Positions 37,501 to 52,500 of a stretch of 64,000 nt of DNA are shown here, one piece after another. Position numbers and translations under genes: made by a program. The stretch is from contig OZ076409.1 in the NCBI GenBank assembly GCA_964187785.1, forward strand, positions 30,938,001 through 31,002,000, written 5' to 3'. This stretch comes from Amphiscolops sp. MND2022 (taxonomy: Eukaryota). Positions within the stretch are counted from its first letter, which is position 1. Each line of letters begins with the position of its first letter. The notes under the pieces are model-generated. The model saw only the letters and a program-made list of their open reading frames with translations. It was not told the origin of the DNA and ran no database searches.

Positions 37501-40500
37501 CAGGAAAATGGAGACGAACAGCTCATGAAGTGTAATTTAATTTGCAAACAAACGAGTTTTGTTCCTTTTTTGACAATTTATCTGGGTACGGTTGTCATTA
37601 TTTTTTGAAGAACTCCTAACTGAATCTTACATTCGAAAATATGAACCAAACCCAATGCCAAAGTCAATGAAAAAATATGTATCAGTTCAAGCATGTTGTT
37701 CACGATTCCTTGTTTCATATCGATTTCTTTCTTCTAGTTTAGACACACTAGTTTAAAGTATGAACAAGTTCCCCTTTATGGATTCACTTAATGTATAAGA
37801 TGTAACTTTAAAAAACTAGCTTATCTTTATGAATACTTCAACTTTAATAAAATTAACCAACCACTACACTTAACTGAAGAACACTTTTGGTTCACACTAA
37901 ATAAGATACACCACCGGATGAAGAGATTGATCGCACACAAGGAATATTTAAGAATTATGATATGCAAAGTGGAGCACAACTAACGTTGTTAAACCTAAAA
38001 CTGGCTGTTCTTATGTTGAGTGATATATTTGAGGACGTCGTGGAAACTTTTACACTCGAGTATGGTATAGATAGTTTGTAAATATACTCAGTACCATTCA
38101 AAACTTTTATACACTCCAAGAGTTGTTGTTGCTGTTGGAGAACATCCGTGGAGGTGTGTCTAGTTTATTGGGTGTTAGGTCTGTTGAATCGGATGGTAAC
38201 ATAAATATACGGTGCAAATTGGTTGCTAACACTGGCTCTAATAACAATGTTTGCTCAATAACAACTCTGAGTGGAAGCACCGGCTGATAAAGTTATTATG
38301 CACTATCCCATAAGAACAACATTGGCTGAACACAACTCAGAAAAAGTCATGGAGAGGGTTGTTTTTAGGCAATTAGCACTGTATTGTTCATCCAGGAAGA
38401 TAATCTATGCGGATGGGCAATTAGTCTATATCTCTCTACTGGTGAATTCAAAAAATTATTCATCTCTAATACTTATCCGAATGGGTATGCAGTAGAAGAT
38501 TTATTACAAATTCCAGACAACAACGAATATGGATTCTTAATAGAAAGTAATTTGGAATATCCGCGCTATATCAAAGAAAGTACTCAAGACTTTCCTTCAT
38601 GTCCTTATCAAGTTTAAACCGATAGTGAACGGTTCTCAGATTATCTGAAGCTTGTTAGGCAGCAGAAAAACAGACTCACCATTAAGTTTTTGTGTGACCT
38701 AACAAACAAAAAAAATATGGTCAAGAAGTAGTAATAATTGTGAATAAAAACATGCAAAAATCCTAAACTTTTCCCGACTGATGTTATATGAGAAAGATAT
38801 AAAGTCAACGAAATTGAAGCTTTTTTTGGATTGAGGTATCAGAAAATTGTAAAAACAATAAATCAATTATAAATATACAAATTGATTCTTTTGTTTTTGA
38901 GAGTTAATGCAGATTTTGAATGTATTAATCAGACTCACTCTAACCCCAAAGTGCTTTTCTCAGAACATCCGATTGCTGTTGGTTTTTTTTAATAGCACCA
39001 TTCAGAAACCATTTTTACTAAAATTGTGGAACAGATTGCGTAAATTGGTTTGTTGACAGAATGTTAGAATTAGCAAAATGTTCCAGCGGGTATTTCAATA
39101 CAAATACACCATTGCAAATAACTCCTCTGGAAGAAAAACAATTCCAAAAAACTAACGTGTGTTGGTTGTGTGAAAATTCATGTGATAAAGATAAAGTTCG
39201 AGATCATGATCATCTAACAATACAGAGGAGCAGCTCATGGAGTGTAATTTAATTTGCAAACAAACAACTTTTGTTCCTTCTTGACAACTTTTCTGGGTAT
39301 GGTTGTCCCGACTGATGTTATATGAGAAATATATAAAGTCGATGAAATTGAAGCTTTTTCTTGGATTGAGGTATCAGAAACTTATAAAAACAATAAATCA
39401 ATTATAAATATACAAAATGATTCCTTTTGTGTTTAAGAGTATATGCAGATTTTGAATGTATTAACCATTCTCAGGATAACCCTAAAGTGCTATTCTCACA
39501 ACATCCGATTGCTGTTGGTTTTTTATAATATCATCATTCCAAAATCATTATTACTGTTATTGTGGAACAGATTGTGTAAATTGGTTTGTAGATACGGTGT
39601 TTGAATAAGAATAAACTTCCAGCAAGTTTTTCAATACAAATACACCACTGCAATTAACTCCTCTGGAAGAAAAACAATTCTAAGAACTTAACGTGTGTTG
39701 GTTGTGTGAAAATTCATGTGAGAAAGATAAAGTTCGAGATCATGATCACCTAACAGGAAAATACAGACAAACAGCTCATGAAGTGTAATTTAATTTGCAA
39801 ACAAACGAGTTTTGTTCCTTTTTTGACAATTTATCTGGGTACGGTTGTCATCAATTTTTTGAAGAACTCCTAACTGAATCTTACATTCGAAACTATGAAC
39901 CAACCCCATTGTCAAAGTCAATGAAAAAATATGTATCAGTTCAAGCATGTTGTTTACCATTCCTTGATTCATATCAATTTCTTTCCTTTAGTTTAGACAA
40001 ACTAGTCAAAAGTATAAACAAGTTCCTTATTAAAGATTCACTTAACTTGAAAGATGAAATACTAAAAAACTAGCTGATCCTTCTGAACACTTTAACTTCA
40101 ATAAAAGTAACCAACCACTACACCATTACGAAAACAAAAACCAGCTGATCTTCATTAATACTTCAACTTTACTTGGTCAAGAAGTAGTAGTAATTGTAAA
40201 TAAAAAACATACAAAAATGGTAAACTCTTCCCGACTGATGTTAAATGAGAAATGTATAAAGTCAACGAAAATCAAGCTTTTTCGTGGATTGAGGTATCAG
40301 AAAATTATAAGAACAATAAATCAATTATAAATATACAAACTGATTCTTTTGTGTTTAAGAGTATATGCAGATTTTGAATGTATTAACCATTCTCAGGATA
40401 ACCCTAAAGTGCTTATCTCACAACATCCGATTGCTGTTGGTTTTTTATAATATCACCATTCGGAAATCATTATTACTATTATTGTGGAACAGATTGTGTA

Positions 40501-43500
40501 AAATGGTTTGTAGATACGATGTTTGAATAAGAATAAATTTCCAGCAAGTTTTTCAATACAAATACACCACTGCAATTAATTCCTCTGGAAGAAAAACAAT
40601 TCTAAGAACCTAACGTGTGTTGGGTGTGTGAAAATTCATGTGAGAAAGATAAAGTTCGAGATCATGATCACCTAACAGGAAAATACAGACGAACAGCTCA
40701 TGAAGTGTAATTTAACTTGCAAACAAACAAGTTTTGTTCATTTTTTGACAACTTTTCTGGGTATGGTTGTCATCAATTTTTTGAAGAACTCCTTACTGAA
40801 TCTTACATTCGAAACTATGAACCAAACCCATTGCCAAAGTCAATGAAAAAATATGTATCAGTTCAGGCATGTTGTTTACGATTCAAGTCAACGATGAAAT
40901 CAACGAAATTCAAGCTTTTTCGTGGATTGAGGTATCAGAAAATTATAAAAACAATAAATCAATTATAAATAAACAAACTGATTCTTTTGTGTTTAAGAGT
41001 ATATGCAGATTTTGAATGTATTAACCATTCTCAGGATAACCCTAAAGTGCTTATCTCACAACATCCGATTGCTGTTGGTTTTTTATAATATCACCATTCG
41101 GAAATCATTATTACTATTATTGTGGAACAGATTGTGTAAAATGGTTTGTAGATACGATGTTTGAATAAGAATAAATTTCCAGCAAGTTTTTCAATACAAA
41201 TACACCACTGCAATTAATTCCTCTGGAAGAAAAACAATTCTAAGAACCTAACGTGTGTTGGGTGTGTGAAAATTCATGTGAGAAAGATAAAGTTCGAGAT
41301 CATGATCACCTAACAGGAAAATACAGACGAACAGCTCATGAAGTGTAATTTAACTTGCAAACAAACAAGTTTTGTTCATTTTTTGACAACTTTTCTGGGT
41401 ATGGTTGTCATCAATTTTTTGAAGAACTCCTTACTGAATCTTACATTCGAAACTATGAACCAAACCCATTGCCAAAGTCAATGAAAAAATATGTATCAGT
41501 TCAGGCATGTTGTTTACGATTCAAGTCAACGATGAAATCAACGAAATTCAAGCTTTTTCGTGGATTGAGGTATCAGAAAATTATAAAAACAATAAATCAA
41601 TTATAAATAAACAAACTGATTCTTTTGTGTTTAAGAGTATATGCAGATTTTGAATGTATTAACCATTCTCAGGATAACCCTAAAGTGCTTATCTCACAAC
41701 ATCCGATTGCTGTTGGTTTTTTATAATATCACCATTCGGAAACCATTATTACTATTATTGTGGAACAGATTGTGTAAAATGGTTTGTAGATACGATGTTT
41801 GAATAAGAATAAATTTCCAGCAGGTTTTTCAATACAAATACACCACTGCAAATAACTCCTCTGGAAAAAAACAATTCTAAGAACCTAACGTGTGTTGGTT
41901 GTGTGAAAATTCATGTGAGAAAGATAAAATTGGAGATCATGATCACCTAACAGGAAAATACAGACAAACAGCTCATGAAGTGTAATTTAACTTGCAAACA
42001 AACAAGTTTTGTTCATTTTTTGACAACTTTTGTGGGTATGGTTGTCATCAATTTTTTGAAGAACTCCTAACTGAGTCTTACATTCGAAACTATGAACCAA
42101 CCCCATTGCCTAGGTCAATGAAAAATTATGTATCAGTTCAAGCATGTTGTTTACCATTCCTTGATTCATATCAATTTCTTTCTTTTAGTTTAGACAAACT
42201 AGTCAAAAGTATAAACAAGTTCCTTATCAATGATTCATTTAACTTGGAAGATGAAATACTAAAAAACTAGCTGATCCTTCTGAACACTTTAACTTCAATA
42301 AAAGTAACCAACCACTACACCATTACGAAAACAAAAACTAGCTGATCTCCTTTAAAACTTCAACTTTACTTGGTCAAGAAGTAGTAATAATTGTGAATAA
42401 AAAACATACAAAAATGTTAAACTCTTCCCGACTGATTTTATATGAGAAATATATGAAGTCAACGAAATTCAAGCTTTTTCTTTGATTGAGGTATCAGAAA
42501 AGTATAAAAACAATGAATCAATTATAAATATACAAAATGATTCTTTTGTTTTTGAGAGTATATTTTGAATGTAATAATCAGACTCTGTATAACCCCAAAG
42601 TGCTTTTCTCCCAACATCCGATTGCTGTTGGTTTTTATAATATCACCATTCGGAAATCATTATTACTTTTATTGTGGAACAGATTGTGTAAAATGGTTTG
42701 TAGATACGATGTTTGAATAAGAATAAATTTCCAGCGAGTTTTTTAATACAAATACACCACTGCAATTAACTCCTGGAAGAAAAACGATTCCAAAAAGCTA
42801 ACTTGTGCTGGTTGTCTGAAAATTCATGTGATTAAGATAAAGTTCGAGATCATGATCACCTAACAGGAAAATGGAGACGAACAGCTCATGAAGTGTAATT
42901 TAATTTGCAAACAAACTAGTTTTGTTCCTTTTTTGACAATTTATCTGGGTACGGTTGTCAGTAATTTTTTGAAGAACTCCTAACCGAATCTTACATTCGA
43001 AACTATGATCCAAATGCATTACCAAAGTCAATGAAAAAATATGTATCACTTCAAGCATGTTGTTTCCGATTCCTTCATTCATATCGATTTCTTTCTTCTA
43101 GTTTAGACACACTAGTTTAAAGTATGAACAAGTTCCCTTTCATGGATTCACTTATTGTATAAGATAAAACTTTAAAAAACTAGCTTATCTTTATGAATAC
43201 TTTAACTTTAATAAAATTAACCAACCACTACACTTAACCAAAGAACGCTTTTGGTCCACACTAAAACAAGATACACCACTGGATGAAGAGATTGATCGCA
43301 CACAAGGAATTATTAAGAAGTATGATATGCAAACTGGAGAACAAGAAAATGGAGACGAACAGCTCATGAAGTGTAATTTAATTTGCAAACAAACGAGTTT
43401 TGTTCTTTTTTTTGACAATTTGTCTGGGTACGTATGTCATTAATTTTTTGAAGAACTCCTAACTGAATCTTACATTCGAAACTATGATCCAAATGCATTA

Positions 43501-46500
43501 CCAAAGTCAATGAAAAAATATGTATCAGTTCAAGCATGCTGTTTCCGATTCCTTCATTCATATCGATTTCTTTCTTCTAGTTTAGACACACTAGTTTAAA
43601 GTATAAACAAGTTCCCCTTTATGGATTCACTTAATGTATAAGATGAAACTTTAAAAAACTAGCTTATCTTTATGAATACTCTAACTTTAATAAAATTAAC
43701 CAACCACTACACTTTACTGAAGACACTTTTGGTTCACACTAAAACAAGATACACCACCGGATGAAGAGATTGACCGCACACAAGGAATTATTAAGAAGTA
43801 TGATATGCAAACTGGAGCACAACTAAACCTAAAACTGGCTGTTCTTATGTTGAGTGATATATTTGAGGACGTCGTGGAAACTTTTACACTCGAGTATGGT
43901 ATAGATAGTTTGTAAATTTACTCAGTACCATTCAAAGCTTTTATACACTCCAAAGAGTTGTTGTTGCTGTTGGAGAATAACATCCGTGGTGGTGTGTCTA
44001 GTTTATTGGGTGTTAGGTCTGTTGAATTGGATGGTAATAAAAATATACGGTGCAAATTGGTTAGTAACACTGGCTCTAATAACAATGTTTGCTCAATAAC
44101 AACTCTGAGTGGAAGCACCGGCTGATAAAGTTATTATGCACTATCCCATAAGAACAACATTGGCTGAACACAACTCAGAAAAAGTCACGAAGAGGGTTGT
44201 TTTTAGGCAATTAGCACTGTGTTGTTCATCCAGGAAGATAATCTATGCGGATGGGCAATGAGTCAATATCTTTCTACTGGTGAATTCAAAAATTATTCAT
44301 CTCTAATACTTATCCGAATGGGTATGTAGTAGAAGATTTATTACAAATTCCAGACAACAACGAATATGGATTCTTTATAGAAATTAATTTGGAATATCCG
44401 GGCTATATCAAAGAAAGTACTCAAGACTTTCCTTATCAAGTTTACACCGATAGTGAACGGTTCTCAGATTATCTGAAGCTTGTTAGGCAGCAGAAAAACA
44501 GACTCACCATAAAGTTATTGTGTGACCTAACAAACAAAAAAAATGGTCAAGAAGTAGTAAAAATTGTGAATAAAAAACATGCAAAAATCCTAAACTTTTC
44601 CCGACTGATGTTATATGAGAAAGATATAAAGTCAACGAAATTCAAGCTTTTTTGGATTGAGGTATCAGAAAATTATAAAAACAATAAATCAATTATAAAT
44701 AAACAAACTGATTCTTTTGTGTTTAAGAGTATATGCAGATTTTGAATGTATTAACCATTCTCAGGATAACCCTAAAGTGCTTATCTCACAACATCCGATT
44801 GCTGTTGGTTTTTTATAATATCACCATTCGGAAACCATTATTACTATTATTGTGGAACAGATTGTGTAAAATGGTTTGTAGATACGATGTTTGAATAAGA
44901 ATAAATTTCCAGCAGGTTTTTCAATACAAATACACCACTGCAAATAACTCCTCTGGAAAAAAACAATTCTAAGAACCTAACGTGTGTTGGTTGTGTGAAA
45001 ATTCATGTGAGAAAGATAAAATTGGAGATCATGATCACCTAACAGGAAAATACAGACAAACAGCTCATGAAGTGTAATTTAACTTGCAAACAAACAAGTT
45101 TTGTTCATTTTTTGACAACTTTTGTGGGTATGGTTGTCATCAATTTTTTGAAGAACTCCTAACTGAGTCTTACATTCGAAACTATGAACCAACCCCATTG
45201 CCTAGGTCAATGAAAAATTATGTATCAGTTCAAGCATGTTGTTTACCATTCCTTGATTCATATCAATTTCTTTCTTTTAGTTTAGACAAACTAGTCAAAA
45301 GTATAAACAAGTTCCTTATTAATGATTCATTTAACTTGGAAGATGAAATACTAAAAAACTAGCTGATCCTTCTGAACACTTTAACTTCAATAAAAGTAAC
45401 CAACCACTACACCATTACGAAAACAAAAACTAGCTGATCTCCATTAAAACTTCAACTTTACTTGGTCAAGAAGTAGTAATAATTGTGAATAAAAAACATA
45501 CAAAAATGTTAAACTCTTCCCGACTGATTTTATATGAGAAATATATGAAGTCAACGAAATTCAAGCTTTTTCTTTGATTGAGGTATCAGAAAAGTATAAA
45601 AACAATGAATCAATTATAAATATACAAAATGATTCTTTTGTTTTTGAGAGTATATTTTGAATGTAATAATCAGACTCTGTATAACCCCAAAGTGCTTTTC
45701 TCCCAACATCCGATTGCTGTTGGTTTTTATAATATCACCATTCGGAAATCATTATTACTTTTATTGTGGAACAGATTGTGTAAAATGGTTTGTAGATACG
45801 ATGTTTGAATAAGAATAAATTTCCAGCGAGTTTTTTAATACAAATACACCACTGCAATTAACTCCTGGAAGAAAAACGATTCCAAAAAGCTAACTTGTGC
45901 TGGTTGTCTGAAAATTCATGTGATTAAGATAAAGTTCGAGATCATGATCACCTAACAGGAAAATGGAGACGAACAGCTCATGAAGTGTAATTTAATTTGC
46001 AAACAAACGAGTTTTGTTCCTTTTTTGACAATTTATCTGGGTACGGTTGTCAGTAATTTTTTGAAGAACTCCTAACCGAATCTTACATTCGAAACTATGA
46101 TCCAAATGCATTACCAAAGTCAATGAAAAAATATGTATCACTTCAAGCATGTTGTTTCCGATTCCTTCATTCATATCGATTTCTTTCTTCTAGTTTAGAC
46201 ACACTAGTTTAAAGTATGAACAAGTTCCCTTTCATGGATTCACTTATTGTATAAGATAAAACTTTAAAAAACTAGCTTATCTTTCTGAATACTTTAACTT
46301 TAATAAAATTAACCAACCACTACACTTAACCAAAGAACGCTTTTGGTCCACACTAAAACAAGATACACCACTGGATGAAGAGATTGATCGCACACAAGGA
46401 ATTATTAAGAAGTATGATATGCAAACTGGAGAACAAGAAAATGGAGACGAACAGCTCATGAAGTGTAATTTAATTTGCAAACAAACGAGTTTTGTTCTTT

Positions 46501-49500
46501 TTTTTGACAATTTGTCTGGGTACGTATGTCATTAATTTTTTGAAGAACTCCTAACTGAATCTTACATTCGAAACTATGATCCAAATGCATTACCAAAGTC
46601 AATGAAAAAATATGTATCAGTTCAAGCATGCTGTTTCCGATTCCTTCATTCATATCGATTTCTTTCTTCTAGTTTAGACACACTAGTTTAAAGTATAAAC
46701 AAGTTCCCCTTTATGGATTCACTTAATGTATAAGATGAAACTTTAAAAAACTAGCTTATCTTTATGAATACTCTAACTTTAATAAAATTAACCAACCACT
46801 ACACTTTACTGAAGACACTTTTGGTTCACACTAAAACAAGATACACCACCGGATGAAGAGATTGACCGCACACAAGGAATTATTAAGAAGTATGATATGC
46901 AAACTGGAGCACAACTAAACCTAAAACTGGCTGTTCTTATGTTGAGTGATATATTTGAGGACGTCGTGGAAACTTTTACACTCGAGTATGGTATAGATAG
47001 TTTGTAAATTTACTCAGTACCATTCAAAGCTTTTATACACTCCAAAGAGTTGTTGTTGCTGTTGGAGAATAACATCCGTGGTGGTGTGTCTAGTTTATTG
47101 GGTGTTAGGTCTGTTGAATTGGATGGTAATAAAAATATACGGTGCAAATTGGTTAGTAACACTGGCTCTAATAACAATGTTTGCTCAATAACAACTCTGA
47201 GTGGAAGCACCGGCTGATAAAGTTATTATGCACTATCCCATAAGAACAACATTGGCTGAACACAACTCAGAAAAAGTCACGAAGAGGTTTGTTTTTAGGC
47301 AATTAGCACTGTGTTGTTCATCCAGGAAGATAATCTATGCGGATGGGCAATGAGTCAATATCTTTCTACTGGTGAATTCAAAAATTATTCATCTCTAATA
47401 CTTATCCGAATGGGTATGTAGTAGAAGATTTATTACAAATTCCAGACAACAACGAATATGGATTCTTTATAGAAATTAATTTGGAATATCCGGGCTATAT
47501 CAAAGAAAGTACTCAAGACTTTCCTTCATGTCCTTATCAAGTTTAAACCGATAGTGAACGGTTCTCAGATTATCTGAAGCTTGTTAAGCAGCAGAAAAAC
47601 AGACTCACCATAAAGTTATTGTGTGACCTAACAAACAGAAAAATATGGTCAAGAAGTAGTAATAATTGTGAATAAAAAACATGCAAAAATCCTATACTCT
47701 TCCCGACTGATGTTATATGAGAAAGATATAAAGTCAACGAAATTCAAGTTTTTTTATTGAGGTATGAGAAAGTTATAAAAACAATAAATCAATTACAAAT
47801 AAACAAAATGATTCGTTCGTTTTTAAGAGTATATGCAGATTTGGAATGTAATAATCAGACTCAGTATAACCCCAAAGTGCTATTCTCACAACATCCGATT
47901 GCTGTTGGTTTTTTTATAATAGCACCATTCGGAAATCATTATTACTAATATTCTGGTACAGATTGCGTAAATTGGTTTGTTGATAGAATGTTAGAATTAG
48001 CAAAATGTTCCAGCGGGTTTTTCAATACAAATACACCACTGCAAATAACTCCTCTGGAAGAAAAACAATTCTAAGAATTAACGTGTGTTGTTTGTGTGAA
48101 AATTCATGTGACAAAGATAAAGTTCGAGGTCATGATCACCTAACAGAAAAATACAGACGAACAGTTCATGAAGTGTAATTTAACTTGCAAACAAACAAGT
48201 TTGGTTCATTTTCTGACAACTTTTGTGGGTATGGTTGTCATCAATTTTTTGAAGAACTCCTAACTGAATCTTACATTCGAAACTTTGAACCAAACCCATT
48301 GCCAAAGTCAATGAAAAAATATGTATCAGTTCAAGCATGTTGTTTACGATTCCTTGATTCATATCAATTTCTTTTAGTTTAGACAAACTAGTCAAAAGTA
48401 TAAACAAGTTCCTTATTAAGGATTCACCTAACTTGAAAAATGAATTACTAGAAAACTAGCTGATCCTTCTGAACACTTCAACTTCAATAAAAATAACCAA
48501 CCACTACACCATTACGAAAACAAAAACTAGCTTATCTTCATTAATACTTCAACTTTGCTTGGTCAAGAAGTAGTAATAATTGTGAATAAAAAACATACAA
48601 AAATGTTAAACTCTTCCCGACTGATGTTAAATGAGAAATATATAAAGTCAACGAAATTCAAGCTTTTTCGAAGATTGAGGTATCAGAAAATTATAAAAAC
48701 AATAAATATACAAACTGATTCTTTTGTGTTTAAGAGTATATGCAGATTTTGAATGTATTAACCATTCTCAGGATAACCCTAAAGTGCTTTTCTCACAACA
48801 TCCGATTGCTGTTGGTTTTTTTCATAGCACCATTCAGAAACCAATATAACTAAAACCGTGGAACAGATTTTGTAAAATGGTTTGTTGATAGAATGTTAGA
48901 ATAAGCAAATTTTTCCAGCAAGTATTTCACTACAAATAAACCACTGCAATTAACTCCTCCGGAAGAGAAATAATTCCAAGAACCTAACGTGTGTTGGTTG
49001 TGTGAAAATTCATGTGATAAAGATAAAGTTCGAGATCATGATCATCTAACACGAAAATACAGAGGAGCAGCTCATGGAGTGTAATTTAATTTGCAAACAA
49101 ACGAGTTTTGTTCCTTTTTTGACAATTTATCTGGGTACAGTTGTCATTAATTTTTGAAGAACTCCTAACTGAATCTTACATTCGAAACTATGATCCAAAG
49201 GCATTACCAAAGTCAATGAAAAAGTATGTATCAGTTCAAGCATGTTGTTTCCGATTCCTTCATTCATATCGATTTCTTTCTTCTAGTTTAGACACACTAG
49301 TTGAAAGTATGAACAAGTTCCCCTTTATGGATTCACTTAATGTATAAGATGAAACTTTAAAAAACTAGCTTATCTTTATGAATACTTAAACTTTAATAAA
49401 ATTAACCAACCACTACACTTAACCAAAGAACACTTTTGGTCCACACTAAAACAAGATACACCACTGGATGAAGAGATTGATCGCACACAAGGAGTTATTA

Positions 49501-52500
49501 GGAAGTATGGTATGCAAACTGGAGCACAACTAACGTTGTTAAACCTAAAACTGGCTGTTCTTATGTTGAGTGATATATTTGAGGACGTCGTGGAAACGTT
49601 TACACTCGAGTATGGTTTAGATATTTTGTATCTTTACTCAGTTCCATTGAAAGCTTTTATACACTTCAAAGAGTTGTTGTTGTTGTTGTTGGAGAATAAC
49701 ATCCGTGGTGGTGTGTCTAGTTTAATGGGTGTTAGGTCTGTTGAATCGGATGGTGATAAAAATATACAGTGCAAATTGGTTAGTAACACTGACTCTAATA
49801 ACGATGTTTGCCCAATAACAACTCTGAGTGGAAGCACCGGCTGATAAAGTTTTTATGCACTATCCCATAAGAACAACATTGGTTGAACACAACTCAGAAA
49901 AAGTCACGGAGAGGGTTGTTTTTAGGCAATCAGCACTGTATTGTTCATCAAGTAAAATAATCTATACGGATGGGCAATGAGTCAATATGTCTCTACTGGT
50001 GAATTCAAAAAATTATTCATCTCTAATACTTATCCGATAGGGTATGTAGTAGAAGATTTATTACAAATTCCAGACTACAACGAATTCGGATTCTTTATAG
50101 AAAGTAATTTGGAAGATCCGGGCAATATCAAAGAAAGTACTCAAGACTTTCCTCCATGTCCTTATCAAGTTTAAACCGATAGTGAACGGTTCTCAGATTA
50201 TCTGAAGCTTGTCAAGCGGCAGAAAAACAGACTCACCATAAAGTTATTGTGTGACCTAACAACCAAAAAAAATATGGTCAAGAAGTAGTAATAATTGTGA
50301 ATAAAAAACATGCAAAAATCTTAAACTCTTCCCGGCTGATGTTATATGAGATGTATATAAAGTCAACGAAATTCAAGCTTTTTCTCGGATTGAGGTATCA
50401 GAAAATTATAAAAACAATAAATCAATCATAAATACACAAAATGATTCTTTTGTTTTTGAGAGTATATGCAGATTTTGAATGTATTATTAAGACTCAGTAT
50501 AACCCCAAAGTGCTACTCTCACAACATCCGATTGCTGTTGGTTTTTTATAATAGCACCATTCGGAAATCATTATTACTAATATTGTGGTACAGATTGCGT
50601 AAATTGGTTTCTTGATAGAATGTTAGAATTAGCAAAATGTTCCAGCGGGTATTTCAAAACAAATACACCACTGCAAGTAACTCCTCTGGAAGAAAAACAA
50701 TTCGAAGAAACTATGTTGGTTGTGTGAAAATTCATGTGATAAAAAAATAAAGTTCGAGATCATGATCACCTAACAGAAAAATACAGACGTACAGCTCATA
50801 AAGTGGAGCTTAACTTGCAAACAAACAAGTTTTGTTCATTTTTTGACAACTTTTCTGGGTATGGTTGTCATCAATTTTTTTGAAGAACTCCTAACTGAAT
50901 CTTACTTTCGAAACTATGAACCAAACCCTTTGCCAAAGTCAATGAAAAAATATGTATCAGTTCAAGCATGTTGATTACGATTCCTTGATTCATATCGATT
51001 TCTTTCTTTTAGTTCAGACAAACAAGTCAAAAGTATAAACAAGTTCCTTATTAAGGATTCACCTAACTTGAAAAATGAATTACTAGAAAACTAGCTGATC
51101 CTTCTGAACACTTCAACTTCAATAAAAATAACCAACCACTACACCATTACGAAAACAAAAACTAGCTTATCTTCATTAATACTTCAACTTTGCTTGGTCA
51201 AGAAGTAGTAATAATTGTGAATAAAAAACATACAAAAATGTTAAACTCTTCCCGACTGATGTTAAATGAGAAATATATAAAGTCAACGAAATTCAAGCTT
51301 TTTCTTGGATTGAGGTATCAGAAAATTATAAAAAAACAATAAATCAATTATAAATATACAAAATGATTCTTTTGTTTTTGAGAGTATATGCAGATTTTGA
51401 ATGTATTAATAGACTCTGTATAACCCCAAAGTGCTTTTCTCACAACATCCGATTGCTGTTGGTTTTTGATAATAGCACCATTCGGAAATCATTGTTACTA
51501 ATATTGTGGTACAGATTGCGTAAATTGGTTTGTTGATAGAATGTTAGAATTAGCAAAATGTTCCAGCGGGTATTTCAATACAAATACACCACTGCAAATA
51601 ACTCCTCTGGAAGAGAAATAATTCCAAGAACCTAACGTGTGTTGGTTGCGTGAAAATTCATGTGATAAAGATAAAGTTCGAGATCATGATCATCTAACAC
51701 GAAAATACAGAGAAGCAGCTCAAGGAGTGTAATTTAATTTGCAAACAAACGAGTTTTGTTCCTTTTTTGACAATTTATCTGGGTACAGTTGTCATTAATT
51801 TTTTGAAGAACTCCAATTGAATCTTACATTCGAAACTAGGAACCAAACCCATTGCCAAAGTCAATGAAAAAATATGTATCAGTTCAAGCATGTTGTTTAC
51901 GATTCCTTGTTTCATATCGATTTCTTTCTTCTAGTTTAGACACAATAGTTTAAAGTATGAACAAGTTCCCCTTTATGGATTCATTTAATGTATAAGATGA
52001 AACTTTAAAAAACTAGCTTATCTTTATGAATACTTTAACTTTAATAAATTTAACCAACAACTACACTTAACCAAAGAACACTTTTGGTCCACACTAAAAC
52101 AAGATACACCACTGGATGAAGAGATTGATCGCACACAAGGAATTATTAAGAAGTATGATATGCAAACTGGAGCACAACTAACGTTGTTAAACCTAAAACT
52201 GGCTGTTCTTATGTTGAATGATATATTTGAGGACGTCGTGGAAACGTTTACACTCGAGTTTGGTATAGATCGTTTGTATATTTACTCAGTTCCATTGAAA
52301 GCTTTTATACACTTCAAAGAGTTGTTGTTGTTGTTGGAGAATAACATCCGTGGTGGTGTGTCTTGTTTAATGGGTGTTAGGTCTGTTGAAACGGATGGTA
52401 ATAAAAATATACAGTGCAAATTGGTTAGTAACACCGGCTCTAATAACAATGTTTGCTCAATAACAACTCTGAGTGGAAGCACCGGCTGATAAAGTTATTA

